In this document: piece by piece, positions 37,150-48,060 of the stretch
Layout: each line of letters begins with the position of its first letter
Position numbering within the stretch: the stretch's first letter is position 1
DNA from: Ylistrum balloti
Taxonomy: Eukaryota
DNA: 64,000 nucleotides
Assembly: GCF_031769215.1 (NCBI RefSeq)
Contig: NW_026781961.1
Span: 1,612,001 to 1,676,000 of the forward strand
Reading direction: 5' to 3'
The notes under the pieces: generated by a model
What the model saw: only the letters and a program-made list of their open reading frames with translations
The model's database searches: none
What the model was told of the DNA's origin: nothing
Made by a program: the position numbers and the translations under genes

Positions 37150-37740
37150 GATCAAAATTATCCCGATCGATAAACATGTATACAAACATTTGTCCCTGAA
37201 ATGAGAGCAGTTGTATCAATATTACTTAAGACTAACAACGAAACTTCATGCATGTTGAATTGATATTTATACTTTCGCTTAAGACAAAACATCGTAACAC
37301 CAAGTTGCACTTCATAAGTAATATTTTGAGCCAGCTGCTCTACGTAATTGCGCATGGTTTTCCTTTGTTCTCAAGCAACAAGAATTTACCAATCTTAGCA
37401 ATAAGATATCACGGTCGCCACAGTGACCTCATTAAGAAGTATTCTATTTCGTTATTTGATATGAAGCTAGACATGTTTTATGCACGTTAGTAAGCATTTT
37501 AGTTCTGTTGCTATATATCTTGTTTTCATTTGAGAACGTGACATTGCTTACTTGAATTGATCACGATTAATATGGCGGGTTTTGTCGATTAAGCAGAAGT
37601 TGCTAACTTTTCCTTAACACCTGTCCATGTAAATCTTTCTTTTGTTCATATTTTGCTTTAGTTTTATTGAATTTAAGTTTGGATGAATGATTATTTTAGC
37701 ATACTGGTATTTCCTTGTTTTATTAACCATTATTTACTTT
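37150..37740 (+). mobile_element. Penelope-like RT C-terminal fragment plus 3' region
   Basis: The translation RYHGRHSDLIKKYSISLFDMKLDMF matches the recalled KFYGRHHDLV.RY..SVSQM..DMF C-terminus of this RT class. It is followed by the shared tgagaacgtgacattgctt...aagcagaag segment. Confidence 0.6.
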
Positions 37741-38286
37741 TGTTTTTTCAATCACGACATGTTGCCAAACAGTTTATGAACATAATTGACGAAACATGGG
37801 CAAAATATAAATTAAAGTATTTATTTGAATATTCTTAAAATTGCAAAGAAAAATTAAGAAATGATAAGACCACCACTTAAGTAGTTAGGCGTTAAAGGCA
37901 TACTAATAAGCACATCCTAATTTATATTGCATAATGAATACGAATTCCTAACGAGATCATTGTGACAACCTGAAAATTCCTCCACAATTCTTATCATTCT
38001 ACATCTCTCGAAACCAATTGTTGTAAGCTTATATCTGAGTTGTCGGTATTTGGCATGTGACAATAAATAATAGATAAGTATATATTTAGAAAAACACTCT
38101 CCTGCAGAAATAACAAAAAATTTTAAAAAATGATGCTAATATATAGAAGGGGAAGGGCGCACCGTCCCAGCACAGCAAGTACATATGTTTTTTCTAAAGG
38201 AAAAGTTCCTTACATGAAACTTTAATAATTTCATATCAGAAACATTTACATTTATTATCATTATTATTTTGATATTATCATCGCAG

Positions 38287-38543
38287 TTGTTGATTGGGAA
38301 ATTACGGTCATGATATCCGACCATAGCATCTCCAACACCAATCTGAATCTGTCGATGACGTTTTACGAGCGTGGTAAATCAAGCACTAGTCCTTCGCCCA
38401 TTGTGACAATACCGATCAGAGCAAATTTCATTACCGCATCGCAATCTGTGGTCAATGTCAGTATGCCTTATATAACAAGGCCAACGAAAATAGACGTAAC
38501 CGTCGAAGGAATGGAATCCGGGTTTCGACTTAAATTGCTGAAG
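38287..38543 (+). CDS. Gene B exon 2: PLAT-like domain 1 (VDWEITVMISDHSISNTNLNLSMTFYERGKSSTSPSPIVTI...FRLKLLK)
   Basis: catcgcag acceptor and AAG|gtatat donor; 257 bp; paralogue of 23434..23690. Confidence 0.88.
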
Positions 38544-38861
38544 GTATATTGTATTTTGTACATGTTTTTGTGAAATGTCACATTTCTATTGGCACGTGAT
38601 GTATGTAGCAGTACATACATACAAGTCATTAACAGTGCTCTGAATATCTATGGGGATATGTCATTAAAAGAGTTCTAAAAAGGATCCAAATGAGATTGTC
38701 AATGATAAGATAGCACTTTACACAAATTAATCGAAATCAGATGCCAAGGGAGAGAGTTCATTTATCATTCATGACTCTTTGTTATCACAGATCTGGTTAT
38801 ACATATTTATACAATACTTCGATACTAAAGACTGTGTTCATTCGGGCAAGTACAATGTTTT

Positions 38862-38919
<58 letters not shown>
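38862..38919. repeat. (ATC)n microsatellite, ~19 units, intronic
   Basis: Direct read of the sequence. Confidence 0.97.
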
Positions 38920-39813
38920 CAATAAATAATCACAATAATTTTTCAACAGTGTCCCACTTATGATATATACACATATATATGTTTAATCAGCCTAAACCTG
39001 AATTAATCTGACTTACAAAATAACCTTGGCGATATATATGTATGCACCAATTTCCTACTAAAGCGACACCCGGATGTATTTTACTCATCGATGTGTTTTA
39101 CAAGATAAAAAAATTGATTTAAGTCAAATAGACATAAAAATCAACATTAGCTATCCTACTCACAATGTAAAAACAACAACTAAATAAATGTTCAGGTGCC
39201 TATAGATAATAGAAGTAATATAAAAGCAGTTAATGATACTAGGTAATGGTTTATTCAGTGAGGAATTCCTAAGGGTCATGACTAGAAGTACATTTGTAAT
39301 TGAAAACTAGGATAGGGGCTGTTTACTTTTACTGTTAGGTAAGTGCGTGCTTGTAAATTTGTAATGAAATAAACTATTTTTGTATCTTCGAAACAAAAGT
39401 TATGAAGTCTTAACCCCTAAATGAAAGTTCTTCTGGATATAGCAGTAGAAACCTTTTTATGTTTATATATATATAACTACATTTCAAACCATAACAATAT
39501 TTCCTTACACAAAATGACTGTTGCGAATTATGAATATCTTAATTATAATACCATGTCTTCTGTTTTAAACGTACTAGCTCATTGTTTTTATGATTGTTGT
39601 TCTCTTTATTTTATTCATTCTTATATTTGTTCACAGGTCTGTTTGTGGATGTTTATTATTTGTTTACTACGTAATGGCATTTCAGATGACAAAAATCAAC
39701 TATAACCCGAAACATTTTTGTATCTATCTGTAATGATAATCCCATCAAAGATTTAAACCCAGGGTATTATAAATCCAATGCTAACAGAACTTTTGTAATT
39801 TTATCTCTTACAG

Positions 39814-39901
39814 CTGACAATGAAGAGTTCATCCCAAACATTTACTTTCGAATGTAACTGTTCGGTGCGGACGGATATGAATACCACCATATTCCCAATA
39901 G
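39814..39901 (+). CDS. Gene B exon 3: LTMKSSSQTFTFECNCSVRTDMNTTIFPI
   Basis: ctcttacag acceptor and G|gtaaat donor; 88 bp, phase 0-1; paralogue of 22383..22473. Confidence 0.88.
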
Positions 39902-40039
39902 GTAAATTAATTACATTGTGATTGTGTTTATTATTTGGAACATAATATTTGGAAAAGGTGAGACTATAAAATTATTTATCTATTACCCTCTTAATCTGGT
40001 AAATTTTCATTTTGGTCGATAATTATCAGTTGAAATTCT

Positions 40040-40340
40040 TTACTGGTTGATAACTGGTCTTTAACTGGTTGATAACTGGTTTTTTACCGTTTGCTAACTT
40101 GCCTTTTACCGGTTTATAACTTGCCTTTTACCGTTTGCTATCTTGCCTTTTAGTGGTTGATAACTTGCCTTTAACCGGTTGATAAATTGTCTTTTACCGC
40201 TTGATAACTTGTCTTTCACCGGTTGATAACTTGCCTTTTACTGGTTAATAACTTGTATTTCACCGGTTGATAACTTGTCTGTCATCGGTTGATAACTTGC
40301 CTTTTACCGAATGCTAACTGGTCTTTAACCGGTTGCTAAC
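40040..40340. repeat. 22-bp minisatellite (ttaccggttgataacttgcctt), ~13 copies, gene B intron 3
   Basis: Direct read of the sequence; imperfect units. Confidence 0.92.
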
Positions 40341-40821
40341 GTCAGTAATCCTATATACGTTACCTATAATTGGTCTTCGTGTTTACTTTAAAATCATAAC
40401 TTTTCGAGGAGGATTTATTTCAGTTGATTGCGTTGGTACCTTTAATCCACGAATGCATACGTCCACGAACTGTTGAAATAGTATAAAAAAATTATTGAGA
40501 TATATAGATATATTCATCCACGCCATGAAGTTTTGATGAACATGTATAAAAAAAACAAGACACGAAAAACTATTATTTTAATGTTTGTACACTCGTGTTG
40601 TTTAAAACTATTTATTGATCATCATTATTTTTTGTTAAAATTACTTTGGATAAAGCAATGTTATCAATCGTATCTACATCTTTTATCGAAAATTTTAGTT
40701 AGTGGTTTTTCAGTACATTAAGTGTGAGAAAGTCAGCACTATCCAAACCATATATACAGACTTTGGCGAATCATTTCAAAGCAGTTTCCCCTACAATAAG
40801 ACATTGTTTGCCTTGTTTCAG

Positions 40822-41051
40822 AGGACAAGTGGGAGATAGAATCCGAAACTGGATCTGGAATATATTCTGGCTCCCATGGACATTTTGGCATCACGATTTG
40901 GGACAGCGCTGGTTTCAGCCATACAGCAGTTTGCCGTGGCCCCTTTCAAATTAGTCAACGAAAGATTATAAAAATTATATTACCTCTGGACGATCCTTAT
41001 AAGTACACGATGTGGCATGTTGAGAGAATTGATTTTTGGAACTGCACTAAG
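40822..41051 (+). CDS. Gene B exon 4: PLAT-like domain 2 (DKWEIESETGSGIYSGSHGHFGITIWDSAG...DFWNCTK)
   Basis: ttgtttcag acceptor and AAG|gtacgt donor; 230 bp, phase 1-0, open frame. Paralogue of 21231..21457. The ORF track lists a different frame here. Confidence 0.87.
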
Positions 41052-41059
41052 GTACGTAA

Positions 41060-41255
41060 AAAATGAAGATAATACCAACGTGGCAAAATATTCATAATTC
41101 AAACTGAAATTTGATAAAACTAAGGCAAAATATGAACAAAAGAAACATTTTAACGAAGACTCCTGAAAAAGTACAAGGATAATAAGACCATGTGTTCCGG
41201 AAGAGTGCGCGTCTTCTGCTTCATCGACGACACCTGCCATGTAAACCTTGGTCAA
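41060..41255 (-). mobile_element. Same Penelope-like 3' fragment, reverse orientation (gene B intron 4)
   Basis: Reverse strand reads gtcgtcgatgaagcagaagacgcgcactcttccggaacacatggtc. Confidence 0.55.
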
Positions 41256-43554
41256 TCCAAGTAAGTAATATCATGTTCTGAAATAAGAACAGGGTGCAAA
41301 ACAGGGTCCTGTGTCATGAACAAAGACGGTACAGTCTTTAAGTACGGTGTGCTAACCGAATGTGCCGCTAGAGCGGCGCACAATATTTAGTGGCAGCGGT
41401 AAGAATCAAACTTATGCCTCCGAAGATACGTGTCAAGGATTCTTCAATGTTGATATTTTGATGTTGATAATCTGCTGGAATGTTTAATGTGGTCCATTTA
41501 TCACAAATATTACTTGATGATATAAAGCTGAGAAGAAAAGGTGTGTATATTTTGGGACATACCTTTCTCTCGGATCTGTTGAAGTAATTTATTATATTAT
41601 TTATGCGTTAATGGGTATCATTGAGAAATACCAAATTCTCTCACTAGCCATTATGCCATAATCGTTGTTAGGAATGGGCTATATAGTTCATCTGTACACA
41701 TCAGCAATTTCACACAAAAAAAAATAATAATAATAATAAAAATAGAAAAAAAATCCAATTCGGAAAAACAGTTTTCTAGCAATATCAACAAAGGTAGTAT
41801 GTGTGCAACCACAGAAATGATGTCAAACATTCTTAAAGTCATATTAATGAAAAATAGACTTTGAGAAGCTGTTCTTACACGAAAATAATGATGTTTTATG
41901 TGAATACGACTTAATGTTATATACAGTTGATATTAGAGAGGAGTAATTTAGCATTACTTAAAGTCATGCATGATCTTTAAAAGGCAATTCATTATAATAG
42001 ACCAAAGGCAACAGTTTTGGAAGTATTCAAGTAAAAACATTAATGTTTTGCGCTTATCGAAACTGCAGACTTATTTTCAGGATAGGCTTATTTTTGAAGG
42101 ATGCCTGTTGTCGAGTTGTATGGAATTTTGTTAGTGAGTGGAATTATTTGTCAGGTTGGTCCCTAAAAGGAAACTGTAACACATTTCCATCAGCACCGAT
42201 GTCCCTGAACCCTGTCTTTGATAAATTCTATAAATTTTAATTCTGGATTATTTCGAAAGAATATCAAGTTCTTGTATATACATTACAACGTGACATGCAT
42301 TTTACGGTAAACTGCGGGGACCAGCAGTGTCTACCACCTACTATTTACGAAGATTCATATAGGTTAAATTAAAGACCAGATATCAAGGTGCGCCAACCAC
42401 CAACACCAATATGTACTGATCAGTTCAAAGAACACCAGTTCATTTTTTACTCAATTTTAGGACCAAAAATTGAAACATAATAATTGCTTTTTCAAATATC
42501 AATGCTTTAAGGTAGCTATCAACAGCATCAGTTTGCTTTTTTTAAAAAGATTTGACCATATCAGAGCAGAATTTACGCTTGCTTAACGCATGATTGTCAC
42601 CGTGTTCATGTTCTTCTGGAATTGAGCCATACGATATATATGTATACCATATTTTGAAATGTATATTAATCATTAATATATGCATTTCAAACGCTTTCAT
42701 GGGAACTTTTGCCTCTATTTTCTTGTCAATTACAACTTCAAATATTAGATTCCTGACTTTGTTTCAGTTGGTGTTCGTCCAGTTAACAATGATAATCATC
42801 TATGTATATAAACATTGAAAAGGACTGTTACTAATTTATGTGTCGATACCAATCTATGTAAACATTGGAAAAAGCTTGTTAAAATATTAATAAGCATTGC
42901 GTGAAGCACGCTAAGTAGCCTATAAGTAAAATGTACAGTTCAAATATCACTTCCATTTTATGGTAACTCGATCAATATCACTAACGCGTGTTTTGGTTCC
43001 ATTCAGTTGATTTATAAATGGATTTTACATAGCCGTCATAATGAAGAAATAATTTTGTCTTGGAGTATATTGATTTTTGTATAGTTATTCTACTGTATAG
43101 GTGTTATGAAAGCGTTGACTGGAATAGAGATTTTCGATCGACTGCTCTAAACTCATACAAAACGCCGATTTACAATAACAAAGAAGGATGTGTTCACTAA
43201 CCATGTCTTTACCATTATATCTCTCGTTCAGATTACCCGAATCCTCATTTCTTTTTCTTTATAATTAGTTAACGAAGAGATGTTGATGAAATCGATACAA
43301 ACTGTACAGATGTTTTGTCAAAAAACAAACAAACAAACAAGCAAACAAAGCAAATTGTCACTGCCTATTTTTTATTATTATTATTACGAGTACCGTATTG
43401 TATCAATTTAATTACGAAGACAGTATTGGAACAACGTAATTGAATTTTATTTAACAAATGATAATCCCACATGCATCGGAGGTTATCCATATCCCATGTG
43501 CCTGCAATAGTTTGACTCTCTCGGTATGTATTTGAACATGTAATTTTGTTTCAG

Positions 43555-43649
43555 ATGGTGTTCGTCCAAATGACATCGTGTCGGTCATTTAGCTTTGGTT
43601 GTGGGGGGGGTGAAGTTTAATACATTAAGCAGATATCGACAGAATACCG
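43555..43649 (+). CDS. Gene B exon 5: MVFVQMTSCRSFSFGCGG[+1 G]VKFNTLSRYRQNT; apparent frameshift in a G8 run
   Basis: ttttgtttcag acceptor and G|gtaagt donor. It is 95 bp versus 94 bp in gene A. As written it hits TAA at 43618-20; removing one G restores frame and phase. Confidence 0.8.
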
Positions 43650-44081
43650 GTAAGTAAGATCTAAAATGTACAAATATACATGTTGGTAGGTATTACAGAT
43701 GAGTAAGAAGGTCCATACATAATGGAGTTGGTGTGCATTATACCTTCATGACAGTAAACGATTGAAATATTTGTTGAAATTTGAATTCATTCTGTTTGAA
43801 GAGGGCTAGGTAATTGGCAGTTATATGTCTGTATTTAGGTACTTGGTTTAGTTCTGTTGAAATATACATGGAAGTTTTCTTTTTACTATTGTCTAGTTAC
43901 CAAAAGTCATGATTTTCTGACTATCTTGTTATTGAACACGTTATCTCACTTTTTGATATATGCCTATTTCGTTACTTAAAGATATAAAAGTAATTCGAAT
44001 TTAAATGCTTATCGACTTTCTCCTATTTCACGATTGTAATAAGGTAGTACATGATATCACATAACATTATGTATATCTCAG

Positions 44082-44297
44082 GTACAAAGGCAAGTTGTTT
44101 AGCTACCACTTCAACTACCACTACCACTACCACCACCACTACCACCACCATCACTGCCATCACTACCACTACCACCACCGCTGCCACCACCACTACTACT
44201 ACCATCGCGGAATCACCATCAGCTACTAAGGAAGATTCTAATACCCAGACAGAAACCACTGAAGCGCTGACAACCAACGTTTCGACAAACGTAACTG
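44082..44297 (+). CDS. Gene B exon 6: poly-Thr mucin-like stalk (TKASCLATTSTTTTTTTT...TETTEALTTNVSTNVT)
   Basis: ctcag acceptor and G|gtaaga donor; 216 bp, phase 1-1; ACC/ACT triplet-rich. Confidence 0.88.
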
Positions 44298-44389
44298 GTA
44301 AGAAATCTTAATTCGCGATGAAGACTGATTGAGTTGCAATATCTTTACTGACGTACGTTTGTTTGAGAACATCCTCACTTATCAACGCT

Positions 44390-44940
44390 AGGTTTAGAAT
44401 ATCCTCAGTGATGGATTCTTGAATTAGAATATCCTCATTGAACGATGCTTGGTTTAGAATATCCCTAATGAGGGATTCTGGATAAAAACATCCTCAGCGA
44501 GGGATGCTTGGTTTAGAATATCCCTAATGAGGGATTCTGGATAAAAATATCCTCAGCGAGGGATGCTTGGTTTAGAATATCTCTAATGAGGGATTTTGGA
44601 TAAAAATATCCTCAGCGAGGGATGCTTGGTTTAGAATATCCCTAATGAGGGATCCTGGATAAAAATATCCTCAGCGAGGGATGCTTGGTTTAGAATATCC
44701 CTAATAAGGGATTTTGGATAAAGATATCCCAGCGAGGGATGCTGGGTTTAGAATATTCCTACAATTGAGGGATTGTTGGATTAGAATAACCTCAGTTAGA
44801 GATGCTTGGTTTAGAATATTCTTAGTTAGGATTTTTTGGATTAGAATATCCCTAGTTGGTTTAGAATATCCCTAGTTAGGGATTATAGGATTAAAATATC
44901 CTCAGTGAGGGGTGCTTGGTGTAAAATAACCTTAGGAAGG
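44390..44940. repeat. 29/30-bp minisatellite forming a 59-bp dimeric higher-order unit, each subunit with a small palindrome
   Basis: agaatatccctaatgagggattctggataaaaatatcctcagcgagggatgcttggttt starts at 44456, 44515, 44574, 44633 and 44692; degenerate flanks. Confidence 0.93.
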
Positions 44941-45612
44941 GATTCTTGACCAAATAAGTCTTATTTGACGTTTGCTTAGTTCAATACAATTTCAAAACAA
45001 GATATTTGGATGATAATGTCATCATTGATTGAGGTTTGGTATGGAATTTCTTAGAAATAATAGAAGTGTTCAACATAACAAGTTTATGTTTTCTAAGATA
45101 ACAATTGCTCTGGAATACACACAATTGAACGTATTTTGCTGTAAACAGCCTATGTTATTTCTGTTATTTTATGTTCTGTTATGTTAATGCTGGATAACGA
45201 ATGTAGTTTTCAGTATATGCTTGGTTTACATTTAATAGATTTTTAAAGAGGAATGACGGAAACCCTTCCAAAACGTAAGAACCATCTTCGGAAAAACAAT
45301 GGTTTCGCTCTGCGGAGCACATCTCTGTACTCTGAAAGGATGTTTTAACAGCAAAATGATGCCTGTCTTTAAAGGTTCTACATGATAACAAAACCTTTAT
45401 GCATATGGTTATATATGTGTATTGGTTTGTTGTTTTTTTCGATTCCGTTACCATAAGTGTACTATTTGTACGGACCCTTCAATGTTTTTTTTTTTTTTTT
45501 TCTTTTTATGATCCAAAGTTGCAAGACATGTTTGTTGAAAAACTCCTTAATTTCAAAGATATTGAAATATTATGATTAGCTCCTTTTAGATTTGAGTCTT
45601 TCTTTATTTAAG

Positions 45613-45741
45613 CTGCAACCAGTTTGCCTTGCTGCCCATGCAACCTATGGAAGCCGATTGTCAACATGACAAAACTAGAACAACATGCCATTATCAAGAA
45701 GCTACAGACAGAACTAGCCGTTAACAAAACGACACTCACGT
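45613..45741 (+). CDS. Gene B exon 7: ATSLPCCPCNLWKPIVNMTKLEQHAIIKKLQTELAVNKTTLT
   Basis: tttaag acceptor and T|gtacgt donor; 129 bp, phase 1-1; paralogue of 16642..16770. Confidence 0.9.
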
Positions 45742-47589
45742 GTACGTACATCAGAGAATTCATTGACAATCAATTTCATATCTAATTACCAACCTCATCA
45801 CTTCCGGTGATCGTATATTCAGCAAGTTTTATAGATATTTCCTAAGTGTGTAACTAAATAATTGGCTTACAATTAGACGGACAAAATATTTTCTGAAGGT
45901 AACGTCTGATTTTCATTTCTCAGCACCTTATTAACCATATATGTTGCATCAATATTAAATGAGTTCTTTTTTGTGATTTTATCAGGGAATTGTTCAAACA
46001 ATAATCACTAAAAGATCTGATCCTGTCTACATGACACATGTAAAGTACACCTGTATTGAGTCCCTTGTGCAGATTTTGTATTCCGTGAGGAGATTCATTG
46101 CCTGACAGCTCTCTTTGCAAACGCTTCTGAAGAAAAGATCCTATTTTTAAGGATGTATGAAATTCATGTTTGATCGGACGTAGAGCTTAATTCAACATCA
46201 GATGAATTCAAACGTAATGTCATAGAAGTTTTTATGTAAATTATAAATTGTAGTTTTTGCCACGCGTTTTGTAGTGTTTTTGTGATTTTTTTAATCAAAT
46301 GGACAGCATCTGTTCCGTTGTAAGGCTACTTCTTTTGGGTATAACTGAATTTCTCAGCAGAATTCAATAAAATTTTGCACGAGTTATCACCACAAATAAC
46401 AAATTTGAATGACGTGAGTCCTGACTTGGTGGATCACTTTTTTTTAAATTTTACGACCCACATATAAATATGTCTGTTTTTTTTTTTTTTTTTTAATTTT
46501 TGAAAATACATGTTGAATGAAAATTACAAAACATTAAGCACAATGACCCCCTTTTTCTTATTTATTCAAACTTTACATTTTTAGGTGGTGTGGAAATTTA
46601 ATATAAGCATTTTGAGTTTATATTTTGGTTAACATTTCAGTATCAATTTATTATATTTAATGTAAAAAAATTTCCAGGTAAATATCCGTCACGAAAAAGT
46701 ACCGAGAATTTTTGTTATTTATGAAAACGTTAAGAAAATCAGCGAAAATGCTGTAACTCATATTCTAACACCAATTGGAGTGAAAAAAGGAGCTGCTGCG
46801 TCACGTTATTTCCTGTCATTTAACCTTAAAAACAATCATCACCAGAACAAGCGTGGAATTTTGTAAATTTTGGCGTCTAAGTTTGTAAATTTTCACCGTG
46901 TACTTCGTAAATATTTGGGCTCGTTTCGTGATAGGCAAAATAAAGATGATCCTACATCCAAGAAGGTATTCCTAAATGTAAAATAACTAAAATAATTTAA
47001 TTATATATTAAAGAATTATTTAATGACGTCAGACACATTTTAACGTCATCACGGAAAGACATATAGCATTAGAATATCGTCAAATTTGATAACGTATCAA
47101 TCTATTAAAATGTTGTTAAAACGAATGTTCGCAAAAGCATCCAAATCGCGTGATGTGTGATCTTACGTTTCCTTTTCATATTGTGCTCTTCACATTCCGC
47201 ACGAGGTTAGGTTTTCTAAAAGAAATCGAAAGTTAGTTTAAATTAAAAATTCTAAGACTTGTTTTGAACTGAAACTCATGAACGATCCTATAGTTAACTC
47301 GATATTTATCAATGATTAAAGAAAGGGGAATGACACAAGGTTCAGGATTAGATTGACGTTAATTTTGAAAATAATTCCAAAATCACAATGTTTCTAATAA
47401 ATTAAACAAAACGTTCCTATTGCATTAATTTGAATTTGATATCATAAACTGAAGGACGCTCCAGTCGACAAGGTTTAAAAGATGAGAGAGTAATAGGAAT
47501 CTTGGTGAAAATTAGAAATATCGTTATTCAGTATTTCATACATACGAAATTAGATCTAATCTAACATATGCTTTTTATTTTACCTTCAG

Positions 47590-47729
47590 CTTTTAAACGT
47601 AGGAAGATCAGTGTCGATGACAGTCGTCCCTCCTCGAAGGCGATCGGAATGGTAGGAATTATACTCCTTGCTATCCCGGCCCTTTTTCTTGTTGTCATTG
47701 ATTTGACTAGGTTCTGCCAAGTCGTGTAA
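47590..47729 (+). CDS. Gene B exon 8 (last): SFKRRKISVDDSRPSSKAIGMVGIILLAIPALFLVVIDLTRFCQVV*
   Basis: taccttcag acceptor, phase 1; TM helix; stop TAA at 47727-9; paralogue of 14490..14644. Confidence 0.9.
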
Positions 47730-47809
47730 TACTAGTAAACCAATCGGAAATTTTACTGTGATCTCAATGAGACTTATTCCATTGCTTTCTGTACTAGGAA
47801 GCTGGAGGT

Positions 47810-48060
47810 GTTTGATGCTCGTTAGTTTGCCTGTTGATTCAGTTGTTGTATAACTTGTTATCATTTGAGAATGTGACATTACTTCCTTGTATTGACTAAG
47901 GTTTAAATGAAGGGTGTCATCGATGAAGCAAAAGACAGTTACTCTTCCGGAACATTTGGTCTTATCCTCCTTGCACTTTTTCAAGTGTCGCCATGTAAAT
48001 ATTTCTTATGCTCATATTTTGCCCTGGTTTATTGACTTTAAGCTTGGATTATGATTATGT
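47810..48060 (+). mobile_element. Same Penelope-like 3' fragment, ~80 bp after the gene B stop (likely in the 3' UTR)
   Basis: gtttgatgctcgttagtttgcc...tgagaatgtgacattactt...gatgaagcaaaagacagttactcttccggaacatttggtc. Confidence 0.55.

Noticed and set aside
38741-38929. Poly-His ORF
   Set aside because: Artefact of the intronic (ATC)n microsatellite.
44023-44277. Poly-Val hydrophobic ORF on the minus strand
   Set aside because: Antisense of the poly-Thr exon of gene B.
44390-44940. Palindromic ~30-bp repeats resembling a CRISPR array
   Set aside because: Units are contiguous with no unique spacers, no cas genes are present, and the context is a eukaryotic intron. The same applies to the 35-, 22- and 68-bp arrays.
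47586-47984. 132-aa minus-strand ORF
   Set aside because: Antisense to gene B's last exon plus a Penelope-like relic; no recognisable protein.
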